Positions 1 to 8,427 of a stretch of 44,864 bases of DNA are shown one piece after another (within the stretch, counting starts at the first letter, position 1; every line of letters begins with the position of its first letter). The notes beneath the pieces were generated by a model. That model saw only the letters and a list, made by a program, of their open reading frames with translations. It was not told the origin of the DNA and ran no database searches. The stretch lies in contig DAITOE010000001.1 of assembly GCA_036834245.1 (NCBI GenBank), positions 1 through 44,864 on the forward strand, given 5' to 3'. The position numbers were made by a program, and so were the translations under genes. This DNA comes from Clostridia bacterium. GTDB lineage: Bacteria; Bacillota; Clostridia; Christensenellales; Aristaeellaceae.

Positions 1-433
1 GGCCCAGGCCCCCGGCCCGCACCACCTGCCCCGCCTGGTTGCGCCCCAGGGCAAAGGAGCCCGTGCCGGCGATGAGGCAATAGCCCGACAGGCTGCCGGT
101 GCTGCCCACCAGGAGGATCTCCCCGTCGCTGCACACATGGAGGGGGGCCTTGGTGAGCCCCTGCAGGAAATCCAAAAAAACGGCCTGCTCCCCGGGGCGG
201 CCCAGGCCGGCAGAGCCCAGGCAGCCGCAGGCCAGGCCGGATACAGGCACCTGCAGCGCCCGGCAGCCTTCGTAAAGCAGTTTGCGCAGGTTGTCCATGG
301 CGCCCTCCACGCCTGCGCTGTGGGGGTTGGTGGGCCCCCCTTCCTCCCGGTGCAGCACCCGCAGGCTGCCCGGTTCAAACAGCACCAGGCGGGACCGGGT
401 GCCCCCGCCGTCAATGCCAAAGCCGATGTTCAT
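1..433 (-). CDS. BadF/BadG/BcrA/BcrD-type sugar kinase (GlcNAc/MurNAc kinase-like), N-terminal 144 codons only; the rest lies beyond the left edge
   Basis: Hand translation of the minus strand from ATG (431-433) gives MNIGFGIDGGGTRSRLVLFEPGSLRVLHREEGGPTNPHSAG...LIAGTGSFALGRN. It shows the GIDGGGT phosphate loop and AGTGS motif of this ATPase family. The frame is open to position 1, and the ORF is absent from the track because it is edge-truncated. Confidence 0.75.
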   Translation of the reverse strand, partial: MNIGFGIDGGGTRSRLVLFEPGSLRVLHREEGGPTNPHSAGVEGAMDNLRKLLYEGCRALQVPVSGLACGCLGSAGLGRPGEQAVFLDFLQGLTKAPLHVCSDGEILLVGSTGSLSGYCLIAGTGSFALGRNQAGQVVRAGGLG

Positions 434-532
434 AGCGCCTCCTGATTAGCTGCTGCTGCAGCCTGTTTTCCGCCCCAAATGTAGCAAGCCCCTGCTGCGG
501 CGTCAAGGGAAAAGGGGCCGGATCTGGAAAAA

Positions 533-633
533 TGTTTCAAGAATGTATTTATCTCATGAAACGAACTTGCCAAAGGCCGGCGCTTGGTTTATACTGCAGG
601 CAGCATCAAACATACCTTGAGATGTTTGAAACA
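533..633. promoter_or_regulatory. Candidate operator half-sites GTTTCA/TGAAAC (inverted repeat 534-539/557-562; palindrome TGTTTGAAACA 623-633)
   Basis: Read directly from the sequence: aaTGTTTCAagaatgtatttatctcaTGAAACg and gaTGTTTgAAACAg. Both flank the candidate promoter between the kinase gene and murR. Confidence 0.3.
567..595 (+). promoter_or_regulatory. Candidate sigma-70-type promoter for murR operon (TTGCCA-17 nt-TATACT)
   Basis: -35 TTGCCA at 567-572, an exact 17-nt spacer, and -10 TATACT at 590-595. It lies in the divergent intergenic region. The same TATACT -10 with a 17-nt spacer recurs at 16690 and 31683. Confidence 0.4.
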
Positions 634-750
634 GACGAATGAACCGGCACCCGCCCCTGCAGGGCGCGGCCCTGCCCCCTTCCCAGGACTGGACCGACGC
701 TGTTTTAAAGCCCATGCGCATGTGGATGCAAGCAGCAGAAAGAGCACCCC

Positions 751-1626
751 ATGGACGATTGCCTGATTCGGATGACCCAGATGCGGGACCAGCTCACCCA
801 GACGGAAGCGAAGGCGGTGTCCCATCTGCTGGCCCACGGGCCGGACATGATGGGGCTGACCATTGCCGCCATGGCGGAGGCCTGCGGCGTGTCCGCCTCC
901 ACCCTGGTGCGCCTCAGCCGCAGCCTGGGCTACAAGGGCTTTAAAGAGTTTTCCCTGGCCTTTTCCATCTCCCTGGCCGCCGGGGGCAACAGCCGCATCG
1001 ATTTTTCCGACCTGGCCATCACCGACGACCTGCAGGCCATTGCAGCCTCGGTGACGGAGAACAGCCAGGCCGCCATCACCGACACCATGAGCGTGATGAA
1101 CATGAAGGACCTGGACCAGGCGGTGGGCCTGCTGCACGCCGCCCGCCGGGTGGATTTTTACGGGGTGGGGGTGTCCGCCCTGGTGGCCCTGGATGCCCAG
1201 ATGAAGTTTCAGCGCCTGGGCAAGGAAACCCAGGGCTCCTTTGACCCCCATGTCCAGGTGGTGACGGCGGCCAGCCTAAAGCCCGGGGACGTGGCGGTGC
1301 TGTTTTCCTATTCCGGGGAAACCAGCGACACCCTGGACACCCTGGCCTCTGTAAAGCGCTCCGGCGCCCAGGTGGTGTCCATCACCCGGCTGGGCAAAAC
1401 CAGCCTCAGCGAGCGGGCCGACATCCCCCTGTACGTGGCCTCCTCCGAGGTGCTGATGCGCACGGCGGCCATGTCCTCCCGGATCTGCATGATGCACCTG
1501 ATTGACATCATATTTTCCGCGGTGGCGGCCCGGGGCTATGAGGGCTACAAGCCCTGCCTGGACCGCACCCACCTGGAAGGCAACGCCAAGCGGCGCATCC
1601 ACAACAGCAACAAAGGCGGTATCTGA
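751..1626 (+). CDS. murR: MurR/RpiR-family transcriptional regulator (HTH + SIS domain)
   Basis: The N-terminal HTH is LTIAAMAEACGVSASTLVRLSRSLGYKGFKEF. The C-terminal SIS domain shows FYGVGVSALVA and VLFSYSGETSDTL. The gene sits immediately upstream of murQ. The true start could be an in-frame ATG at 772 or 781. Confidence 0.8.
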   Translation: MDDCLIRMTQMRDQLTQTEAKAVSHLLAHGPDMMGLTIAAMAEACGVSASTLVRLSRSLGYKGFKEFSLAFSISLAAGGNSRIDFSDLAITDDLQAIAASVTENSQAAITDTMSVMNMKDLDQAVGLLHAARRVDFYGVGVSALVALDAQMKFQRLGKETQGSFDPHVQVVTAASLKPGDVAVLFSYSGETSDTLDTLASVKRSGAQVVSITRLGKTSLSERADIPLYVASSEVLMRTAAMSSRICMMHLIDIIFSAVAARGYEGYKPCLDRTHLEGNAKRRIHNSNKGGI

Positions 1627-1628
1627 TC

Positions 1629-2558
1629 GTGAATTCCCAGGACAACCACTACCTCTCCCGGCTGCCCTCAGAGCAGGTGAACCCGGACAGCCTGAACCTG
1701 GACCGTCTGGACGGCGCCGGCATCGCCCGGCTGATGAACCAGGCGGACGCCAGCGTCCACCAGGCCGTCCTGCGGGCCCTGCCCCAGATTGGCCGGGCCA
1801 TTGATGAAATTGCCCTGCGGCTCAAGGCCGGCGGCCGCCTGTTTTATATCGGGGCAGGCACCTCCGGCCGCCTGGGGGTGCTGGATGCCAGCGAATGTCC
1901 CCCAACCTTCGGGGTGGAGCCGGACCTGGTCCAGGGCATCATCGCCGGGGGGGACAGCGCCCTGCGCCTCGCCAGCGAGGGGGCGGAGGACAGCGCGGAG
2001 AACGGCCGGGCGGACCTGGCGGCGGCGGGCATCACCGGGCAGGACGCCCTGGTGTCCATCAGCGCCAGCGGCTACGCCCCCTACTGCTGCGCCGCCCTGG
2101 ACTATGCCCGTGAGGTGGGCGCCCTGGCCATCGCCCTGTCCTGCAATGAGGACACCCTGCTCTCCCGCCACGGGGACATCGCCATTGAAACCCCCACCGG
2201 CCCCGAGGTGCTGATGGGCTCCACCCGCTTGAAGGCCGGCACCGCCACCAAGATGGTGCTGAACATGCTGTCCACCGGCGCCCTGGTGCGCACCGGGCGG
2301 GTCTACCGCAACCTGATGGTGGACATGTCCGCCTCCAACAACAAACTGAAGGCCCGTGCCCTGCGCATCCTGAACCACGCTGCCGGGGTCACGGGGGAGG
2401 AGGCGGAGCGGCTGCTCACAGCCGCAGGGGGCAGCAGCAAGACCGCCATCGTCATGGCCCTGACCGGGGCCGGCGCCCTCCAGGCCCAGGAGGCCCTCGC
2501 CGCATCCGGCGGCTGGGTGCGGGAGGCGGTGGCCCGCCTGGAAGGCAGCACGCCGTGA
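1629..2558 (+). CDS. murQ: N-acetylmuramic acid 6-phosphate etherase
   Basis: 309 aa with a GTG start. It carries the LPSEQVNPDSLNLDRL N-terminus and the YIGAGTSGRLGVLDASECPPTFG SIS motif typical of MurQ. Confidence 0.9.
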   Translation: MNSQDNHYLSRLPSEQVNPDSLNLDRLDGAGIARLMNQADASVHQAVLRALPQIGRAIDEIALRLKAGGRLFYIGAGTSGRLGVLDASECPPTFGVEPDLVQGIIAGGDSALRLASEGAEDSAENGRADLAAAGITGQDALVSISASGYAPYCCAALDYAREVGALAIALSCNEDTLLSRHGDIAIETPTGPEVLMGSTRLKAGTATKMVLNMLSTGALVRTGRVYRNLMVDMSASNNKLKARALRILNHAAGVTGEEAERLLTAAGGSSKTAIVMALTGAGALQAQEALAASGGWVREAVARLEGSTP

Positions 2559-3607
2559 ACCGCGCCATGCTGGAAGCCAGGCTCAAGGACACCGCGGCCG
2601 CTTTCAGCCAGGAAGGCTATTTCCCCTCCCTGTCCCTGTCCGTGTTCACCAAAGACGATATCCTCATCCGCCACACCCTGGGGGAGGCCCGGGCAGACAG
2701 CCTCTTTGACATCGCCTCCCTCACCAAGATTGCAACCGCTACCATGGTCCTGGGCCTGGTGGAGCAGGGCATCCTGGCCCTGGACACCCCCCTGGCAGCG
2801 GCCGACCCAGTTCTCTTCCAAACCGGCGCCCTGGGGGAGGCCCTGGGGGGCATCACCATCTTCCAGCTGCTCACCCACACCGCCACCCTTCCTGCCTGGT
2901 ACCCCGTCTACACCCAGCCGGATTTCCCCGCCGCCCTGCAGCAAGCCCTCAGCATGGACCGGCCCCAGGGGGTCAACTACTCCGACCTCAACTTCATGAT
3001 CCTGGCCCGGGTGCTGAAGGCCCGGGGCCGGACGGACCAAAGCGGCAGCCCCTTGGGCCCGATGCTGTGCCAGCCCCTGGGCATCACCGGCATGTACGAC
3101 GCCCTGCCTCCGGCACTCATGGACAAAGCCATCCCCTCTGGCTACGGCAACCCCCAGGAGGAGGCCATGTGCGCCCGGATGGGCCTCGCCTTCACCGGCT
3201 TCCGGCCTCACAGCGCAATCAAAGGGGAGGTTCACGACGGCAATGCCCATTACGCCTTTTACCGGCAGTTTGCGGGCCACGCCGGCATTTTCTCCGACAT
3301 GGACAGCCTCGTCACCCTGACGCAGCACCATTTGGCCACCGATTCCACCCTGTTCATCACCGCCACGGAAGAACAGGCCGAGGGCCGGGGCCTGGGCTGG
3401 CAGGTGGGGGAGATGTACCCCATGGGCTGCGGCCACACCGGCTTCACCGGCACCAGCATCTACCTGTCCCGGCAGCTGGACATCGGCTGCGTCCTCCTCA
3501 CCAACCGCTGCTATTACCAAAACCAGGACCACAAGCTCACCAACCCCTTCCGCACCCGGGTCCACCACCTGGTGGCGGACTACGCACAAGCGCAGCAAAG
3601 GGCATAG
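2555..3607 (+). CDS. Serine hydrolase of the beta-lactamase/PBP (S12) family; possible AmiE-like muropeptide amidase or DD-peptidase
   Basis: It has the SxxK motif (IASLTK), a YxN-like motif (NYSDLN) and an HTG box (GHTGFTGTS). It overlaps the murQ stop by 4 nt and ends 1 nt before anmK. An alternative ATG start is at 2567. Confidence 0.75.
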   Translation: MNRAMLEARLKDTAAAFSQEGYFPSLSLSVFTKDDILIRHTLGEARADSLFDIASLTKIATATMVLGLVEQGILALDTPLAAADPVLFQTGALGEALGGITIFQLLTHTATLPAWYPVYTQPDFPAALQQALSMDRPQGVNYSDLNFMILARVLKARGRTDQSGSPLGPMLCQPLGITGMYDALPPALMDKAIPSGYGNPQEEAMCARMGLAFTGFRPHSAIKGEVHDGNAHYAFYRQFAGHAGIFSDMDSLVTLTQHHLATDSTLFITATEEQAEGRGLGWQVGEMYPMGCGHTGFTGTSIYLSRQLDIGCVLLTNRCYYQNQDHKLTNPFRTRVHHLVADYAQAQQRA

Positions 3608-3608
3608 C

Positions 3609-4754
3609 ATGACGAAGCACCCGCAGCTTTTCATCGGCCTCATCAGCGGCACCTCCATGGACGGCTGCGATGCTGCCCTGGTGCGTTTTCAGGAGGGCCG
3701 GGCGCAGCTGGTTCACTACCTGCTGCACCCCTATCCGGAAGCCCTCAGGCAGCAGGTGGTGGCCTGCTGCTCCCTAACGCACTCCAACATCGCCCTCACC
3801 TGCAGCCTCAACATGGAGCTGGGCCACTGGTTTGCGGAGGCCGCCTGGGCCCTCTGCCAGGCGGCAGGGGTACCCCTTAAGGACATCACCGCCATCGGCT
3901 CCCACGGCCAGACCGTCTGGCACATCCCCTTCCCGGAGGGGGCCTTCGTGCCCTCCACCCTCCAACTGGGGGAGCCTGCCGCCATCGCCTACGCCACCGG
4001 CGTGCCGGTGGCCAGCAATTTCCGGGCCATGGACATGGCCGCCGGCGGCCAGGGTGCGCCCCTGGTGCCCCTGGCGGAATACCTGCTCTACCGCGGCGAT
4101 GCGGACATCGCCCTGCAAAACCTGGGGGGCATCGGCAACGTCACCGTGCTGCCGGCCAACTGCCGGCCGGAGGAGGTCTTTGCCTTTGACACCGGCCCGG
4201 CCAACATGATCATGGACGGCTTCATGCGCCTGTTCTACGGCCTGCCCTTTGATGAGGGCGGCCAGGTGGCAGCCCGGGGACGGGTCCGGGTAGATATACT
4301 GAAAGCCTGGATGGCGATGCCCTATGTGGATGCCCCGCCCCCCAAGTCCACCGGCCGGGAGCTGTACGGCGACGCCTTCATCAGCAGTCAGGCGCAGATT
4401 CACAGGGGCATCCCGCCGGAGGACCTGGTGGCCACCGCCTGCGCCTATACCGCCCTCAGCATGCGCCGCAACTACGACCTGTACGTCTTTCCCCGCTGTC
4501 CCGCCCTGCGCCGCATCGTCCTGGGCGGCGGCGGCGCCCACAACCCCGCGCTGCGGCGCATGATTGCGGAGCAGTTCCCCGTCTGCGAGATCCTCACCCA
4601 GGAGGACCTGGGCTTCCATTCCGACGCCAAGGAGGCCATGGCCTTTGCCATCATCGCCAGGGAGACCATGGCCCGCCGCCCCGGCAACCTGCCCTCCGCC
4701 ACCGGCGCTGCCCGCGCCGTGCCCCTGGGCAGCATCACCTGGCCGCCCGGCTGA
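3609..4754 (+). CDS. anmK: Anhydro-N-acetylmuramic acid kinase
   Basis: 381 aa. The N-terminal GLISGTSMDGCDAALV, then NLGGIGNVT and FDTGPANMIMD, match the conserved AnmK pattern. Confidence 0.9.
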   Translation: MTKHPQLFIGLISGTSMDGCDAALVRFQEGRAQLVHYLLHPYPEALRQQVVACCSLTHSNIALTCSLNMELGHWFAEAAWALCQAAGVPLKDITAIGSHGQTVWHIPFPEGAFVPSTLQLGEPAAIAYATGVPVASNFRAMDMAAGGQGAPLVPLAEYLLYRGDADIALQNLGGIGNVTVLPANCRPEEVFAFDTGPANMIMDGFMRLFYGLPFDEGGQVAARGRVRVDILKAWMAMPYVDAPPPKSTGRELYGDAFISSQAQIHRGIPPEDLVATACAYTALSMRRNYDLYVFPRCPALRRIVLGGGGAHNPALRRMIAEQFPVCEILTQEDLGFHSDAKEAMAFAIIARETMARRPGNLPSATGAARAVPLGSITWPPG

Positions 4755-4841
4755 GGCGGCCCCGCCCCCCTGTTTCCTGGCCGGGCGCCTGCTCACCCCG
4801 GTCAACCATAGATGGAACCAACAAAAAAAAGGAGGAACCCC

Positions 4842-6365
4842 ATGAAGAAAACCCTGTCCCTGCTCCTGGCCCTCATGATGATGCTGGGCCTCGTGTCCTT
4901 TGCATCCGCAGAGGCGCCCATCGAAATCTCCCTGTACTACTCCGACAACGCCACCCTGCCCTTCCGCCAGGACTGGCCCGTGATTGTGGCCCTGGAAAAG
5001 CAGTACAACGTCAAGCTCAACTTCGAGCCCATCCCCATGGGTGACTACGGCACCAAGGCCGGCCTGGGCCTGTCCACCGGGGAGAACACCCCGGATGTCA
5101 TGCTCTACCTGTCTACCGGCGGCACCTATGCCTCCTTCGCCTTAAACGGCGCCATTGTGCCCATCTCCGACTACGCAGACTGGACCCCCGAGTTCAACGC
5201 CCGGGTGGAGGAAATGGGCCTGCAGCAGGATGTGGACATGCTGAAGCTGGGGGACGGCAAGCGCTACTACATGCCCTCCCTCTTTGACAAGCCCTTCTAC
5301 GACGGCGGCCTCATCATGCGGGAGGACTACCTCATCGCAAAAGGCTTTGAGCCCCCCAAGACCTTTGATGATTTCTACAACATCCTGAAGGCCTACAAAG
5401 AAGACTTCCCGGACAGCTACCCCCTCACCTCCATTGTGGCCCTGCGTGTCGTCCAGCGGATGACCATGCCTTCCTTCGGCGTTTCCGTGGGCCGCAACTC
5501 CTCCACCGGCACCGGCACCCTGGGCTGGAACTACGAGAAGAAGGAATACTTCGCCGGCGCCATCTCCGATGAATACAAGGCCTACATCACCTACATGGCC
5601 AAACTCCACGCCGAAGGCCTCCTGGACCCGGAACTGGAGCAGGACAATGCCTCTACCGCCAAGAAGCTGGCCACCGGCGCTGCCATGGCCGTCTACGGCT
5701 ACTATGACCAGATCGGCGGCTGGGAGCAGGCCTCTGAAATCGAAGGCCTCAAGCTGCAGATGTACCCGCCCCTGGAAGGCCCCGGCGGCGCCCACCACCA
5801 GCCCAAGAACAAGACGGGCGGCGGGCTGCTCTTCCCCATCGGCGTCACCAAGCGCGCGGACTTTGAGCAGGTGGTCCGCAAGCTGGACGAGATCTTCTAT
5901 TCCAAGGATGCAGCCAAGCTCTGGTGCTTCGGCCCCGAGGGCGACAGCTACACCATGGACGGCGACAAGGTCGTCTACAACGACGACATCTTAAACAGCC
6001 AGGACGGCATCTACAAGTACATGCAAAACGCCTACGGCACCGGCTGCGCAGGATTGCAGAACATCTGGTACCTGGAGCAGGAGCTCACCAAGTACGACGA
6101 GAACTACGCCCGCATCAACGCTGAGGTGGCCGCCATGGACGATGCCATCCAGTATGCGCCGCCACCCCCCACCTTTGACGACGTCACCGCCGAGGATGCC
6201 GCCCTCCTGCAGACCGCCCTCCTGGACGCCTTCAACATCTGGGACGACGAGTTCCGCACCGGCAAGAAATCTGTGGAGGACGACTGGGACACCTACGTCC
6301 AGGAAATGAAGGACAAGGGCATCGAGCAGTTCCTGAAGTTCTACAACGACAACAAAAAGCTTTAA
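4842..6365 (+). CDS. Large (about 507 aa) extracellular solute-binding protein, LplA-like, of a carbohydrate ABC importer
   Basis: An AGGAGG RBS lies 7 nt upstream of the ATG at 4842; the track ORF starts at 4812. The signal peptide is MKKTLSLLLALMMMLGLVSFASA. Its size and composition are typical of LplA-type binding proteins, and it is followed by LplB/LplC-like permeases. Confidence 0.8.
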   Translation: MKKTLSLLLALMMMLGLVSFASAEAPIEISLYYSDNATLPFRQDWPVIVALEKQYNVKLNFEPIPMGDYGTKAGLGLSTGENTPDVMLYLSTGGTYASFALNGAIVPISDYADWTPEFNARVEEMGLQQDVDMLKLGDGKRYYMPSLFDKPFYDGGLIMREDYLIAKGFEPPKTFDDFYNILKAYKEDFPDSYPLTSIVALRVVQRMTMPSFGVSVGRNSSTGTGTLGWNYEKKEYFAGAISDEYKAYITYMAKLHAEGLLDPELEQDNASTAKKLATGAAMAVYGYYDQIGGWEQASEIEGLKLQMYPPLEGPGGAHHQPKNKTGGGLLFPIGVTKRADFEQVVRKLDEIFYSKDAAKLWCFGPEGDSYTMDGDKVVYNDDILNSQDGIYKYMQNAYGTGCAGLQNIWYLEQELTKYDENYARINAEVAAMDDAIQYAPPPPTFDDVTAEDAALLQTALLDAFNIWDDEFRTGKKSVEDDWDTYVQEMKDKGIEQFLKFYNDNKKL

Positions 6366-6445
6366 GACCGACGGGACGGGGGACCTTGGGGGCTTCGCCC
6401 CCAAACCCCCGCCCGGGGCCATTGGCCCCGGACCCCGGAATCTCA
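6366..6445 (+). repeat. Intergenic repeat family B, copy 1 (G-rich head + GGGGGCTTCGCCCCC hairpin + CCGGGGCCATTGGCCCCGG palindrome)
   Basis: It starts directly after the TAA at 6363-6365. About 75-80 percent of positions are identical by eye to the reverse complements of 30779-30873 and 39594-39686. Confidence 0.85.
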
Positions 6446-6593
6446 CTTGAACCAAAACATTCCATCCTGACCACCTGCTCCCTGCCCCGTCGGGGGCAGG
6501 GGGCAGCAGAGGGCCTGACAGACCAGATTTCAGGAGTGTCAACCGCCAAAGTGACCGCAGTCACTTGGGCGATCCATAAAGGAAGGTGCCACC

Positions 6594-7544
6594 ATGAAAA
6601 CGCCCCAGGGCAACCTGCGTCCCGGCAAATCAACCCGGGCCTGGCGCTATTTGCACAACAACTGGCAGCTCTACCTCATGATGCTGCTGCCCCTCATATA
6701 TTTCCTGTTGTTCAAATATGTGCCCATGTTTGGCAACATCCTGGCCTTCCGCCGTTTCAAGCCCTTGACCGGCCCCTTCGGGGTGCGCTGGGAAGGCCTG
6801 CGCTATTTCAACCAGTTTTTGTCCCAGCCGGATTTCTGGCGCGCCTTCTCCAACACCCTCACCCTGGCGGCCCTCAACCTCATCATCAACTTTCCCATGC
6901 CCATCATCTTCGCCATCCTCTTAAACGAGCTGCGCTCCCTGCGCTTCAAGAAGCTGGTGCAGACGGTCAGCTATATGCCCCGCTTTGTGTCCACCGTGGT
7001 GGTCATCTCCATCCTGGGGGAACTGCTGTCCCCCTCCTCTGGCGCCTTGAACCGGCTCATCCAGCAGCTCACCGGGGCCAAGCCCGTCTTTTATATGAAT
7101 GAAGCTGCCTATTTCCGGCCCCTGTACATCCTCACCGACATGTGGCAGTACACGGGCTGGTCCGCCATCATTTACCTGGCGGCCATCACCGGCATCAACA
7201 ACGACCTGTTTGAGGCCGCCCGCATCGACGGCGCCAACCGGACACAGCTGATCCGCTACGTCACCCTGCCCACCATCCTGCCCACCATCATGGTGATGTT
7301 CATTTTACGGGTGGGGCACCTGCTGTCCCTGGGCTTTGAAAAAATCCTGCTGATGTATACCCCGGCCAATTCCATGGTGTCGGACATCATCGACACCTAT
7401 GTCTACCGGATGTCCGTGGCGGCCACAGCCCCCCAGTACAGCTACGCCACCGCCATCGGCCTCTTCTCCGGCATCATCGGCCTGGTGCTGGTCACCTCCA
7501 GCAACCTGCTCTCCCGCCGCCTCACCGGCGAGGGCATCTATTAA
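6594..7544 (+). CDS. ABC transporter permease, LplB-like (MalF-type, carbohydrate uptake)
   Basis: 316 aa. It has the N-terminal WQLYLMMLLPLIYFLLFKYVPMFGNILAFRRF signature of LplB-type permeases and an EAA loop (FEAARIDGANRTQLIRYVTLP). Confidence 0.85.
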   Translation: MKTPQGNLRPGKSTRAWRYLHNNWQLYLMMLLPLIYFLLFKYVPMFGNILAFRRFKPLTGPFGVRWEGLRYFNQFLSQPDFWRAFSNTLTLAALNLIINFPMPIIFAILLNELRSLRFKKLVQTVSYMPRFVSTVVVISILGELLSPSSGALNRLIQQLTGAKPVFYMNEAAYFRPLYILTDMWQYTGWSAIIYLAAITGINNDLFEAARIDGANRTQLIRYVTLPTILPTIMVMFILRVGHLLSLGFEKILLMYTPANSMVSDIIDTYVYRMSVAATAPQYSYATAIGLFSGIIGLVLVTSSNLLSRRLTGEGIY

Positions 7545-7554
7545 GGGGGCCGCC

Positions 7555-8427
7555 ATGAAAACACACGTCATCAAGGACAAAAGCCCCATCCTGGACGTCT
7601 TCATCTGGATCACCATGATCCTGGTGCTCCTGGCCTGCGTGACGCCCTTCCTGTACATCATCGCCATGTCCTTCTCCTCCTCCCGGGCCATCCTCAACAA
7701 CCGGGTCTCCCTCTGGCCCGTGGGCTTCAATGTGGATGCCTACCGCCAGGTCTTCGCCTACCCCAATTTTTTCAAGGCCTACGGGCACACCCTGTTTTAC
7801 ACCTTTTTCGGCACCCTGATTGCCCTGGTGATGATGGTGCTCTTCGCCTACCCCCTGAGCAAAAAACGCCTGAAGGGCCAGCCCATCGTGATGAAGCTGG
7901 TGGTCTTTTCCATGTTCTTCGGCGGCGGCCTGGTGCCCAACTACCTGCTGATTTCCTCCCTGCGCCTGGTGAACACCGTCTATGCCATCCTGCTGCCCTT
8001 TGCCATCAACCAGTTCAACCTCATCATCCTCATCAATTTTATCCGCTCTATCCCCGAGGAACTGGAGGAAGCCGCCCGCATCGACGGCCTCAACTATTTC
8101 GGCATCCTGATCAAAATCATCGTGCCTCTGCTCACCGCCGCCCTGGCCACCGTGGGCCTCTACACCGCCGTCTTCTTCTGGAACGACTGGTTCTACGCCC
8201 TCATCTACCTGCGCAGCCCCCAGTACCCCGTCATGCTGCTGCTGCGCAACATCGTCAACGGCACCACCATGGTGGGGGAGGCCGGCGGCGTGGGGGAGAA
8301 GGCCTCCGTGGCCATCGCCATCAAGTCCTCCGTCATCATCTCCTCCACCCTGCCCATCATCCTGCTGTATCCCTTCCTGCAGAAGTATTTCGTCAAGGGC
8401 ATGCTGGTGGGGGCTGTGAAAGGATAG
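7555..8427 (+). CDS. ABC transporter permease, LplC-like (MalG-type, carbohydrate uptake)
   Basis: The internal ATG at 7555 (MKTHVIKDKSPILDVFIWI) lies 10 nt after the upstream stop. The sequence upstream in the track ORF is Pro/Ser/Ala-rich junk. The EAA loop is EEAARIDGLNYFGILIKIIVP. Confidence 0.85.
   Translation: MKTHVIKDKSPILDVFIWITMILVLLACVTPFLYIIAMSFSSSRAILNNRVSLWPVGFNVDAYRQVFAYPNFFKAYGHTLFYTFFGTLIALVMMVLFAYPLSKKRLKGQPIVMKLVVFSMFFGGGLVPNYLLISSLRLVNTVYAILLPFAINQFNLIILINFIRSIPEELEEAARIDGLNYFGILIKIIVPLLTAALATVGLYTAVFFWNDWFYALIYLRSPQYPVMLLLRNIVNGTTMVGEAGGVGEKASVAIAIKSSVIISSTLPIILLYPFLQKYFVKGMLVGAVKG

Noticed and set aside
2303-3658. 451-aa minus-strand ORF spanning the murQ end and the serine hydrolase gene
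   Set aside because: It is an antisense shadow. The plus-strand frames carry MurQ and SxxK/HTG motifs and are operon-coupled.
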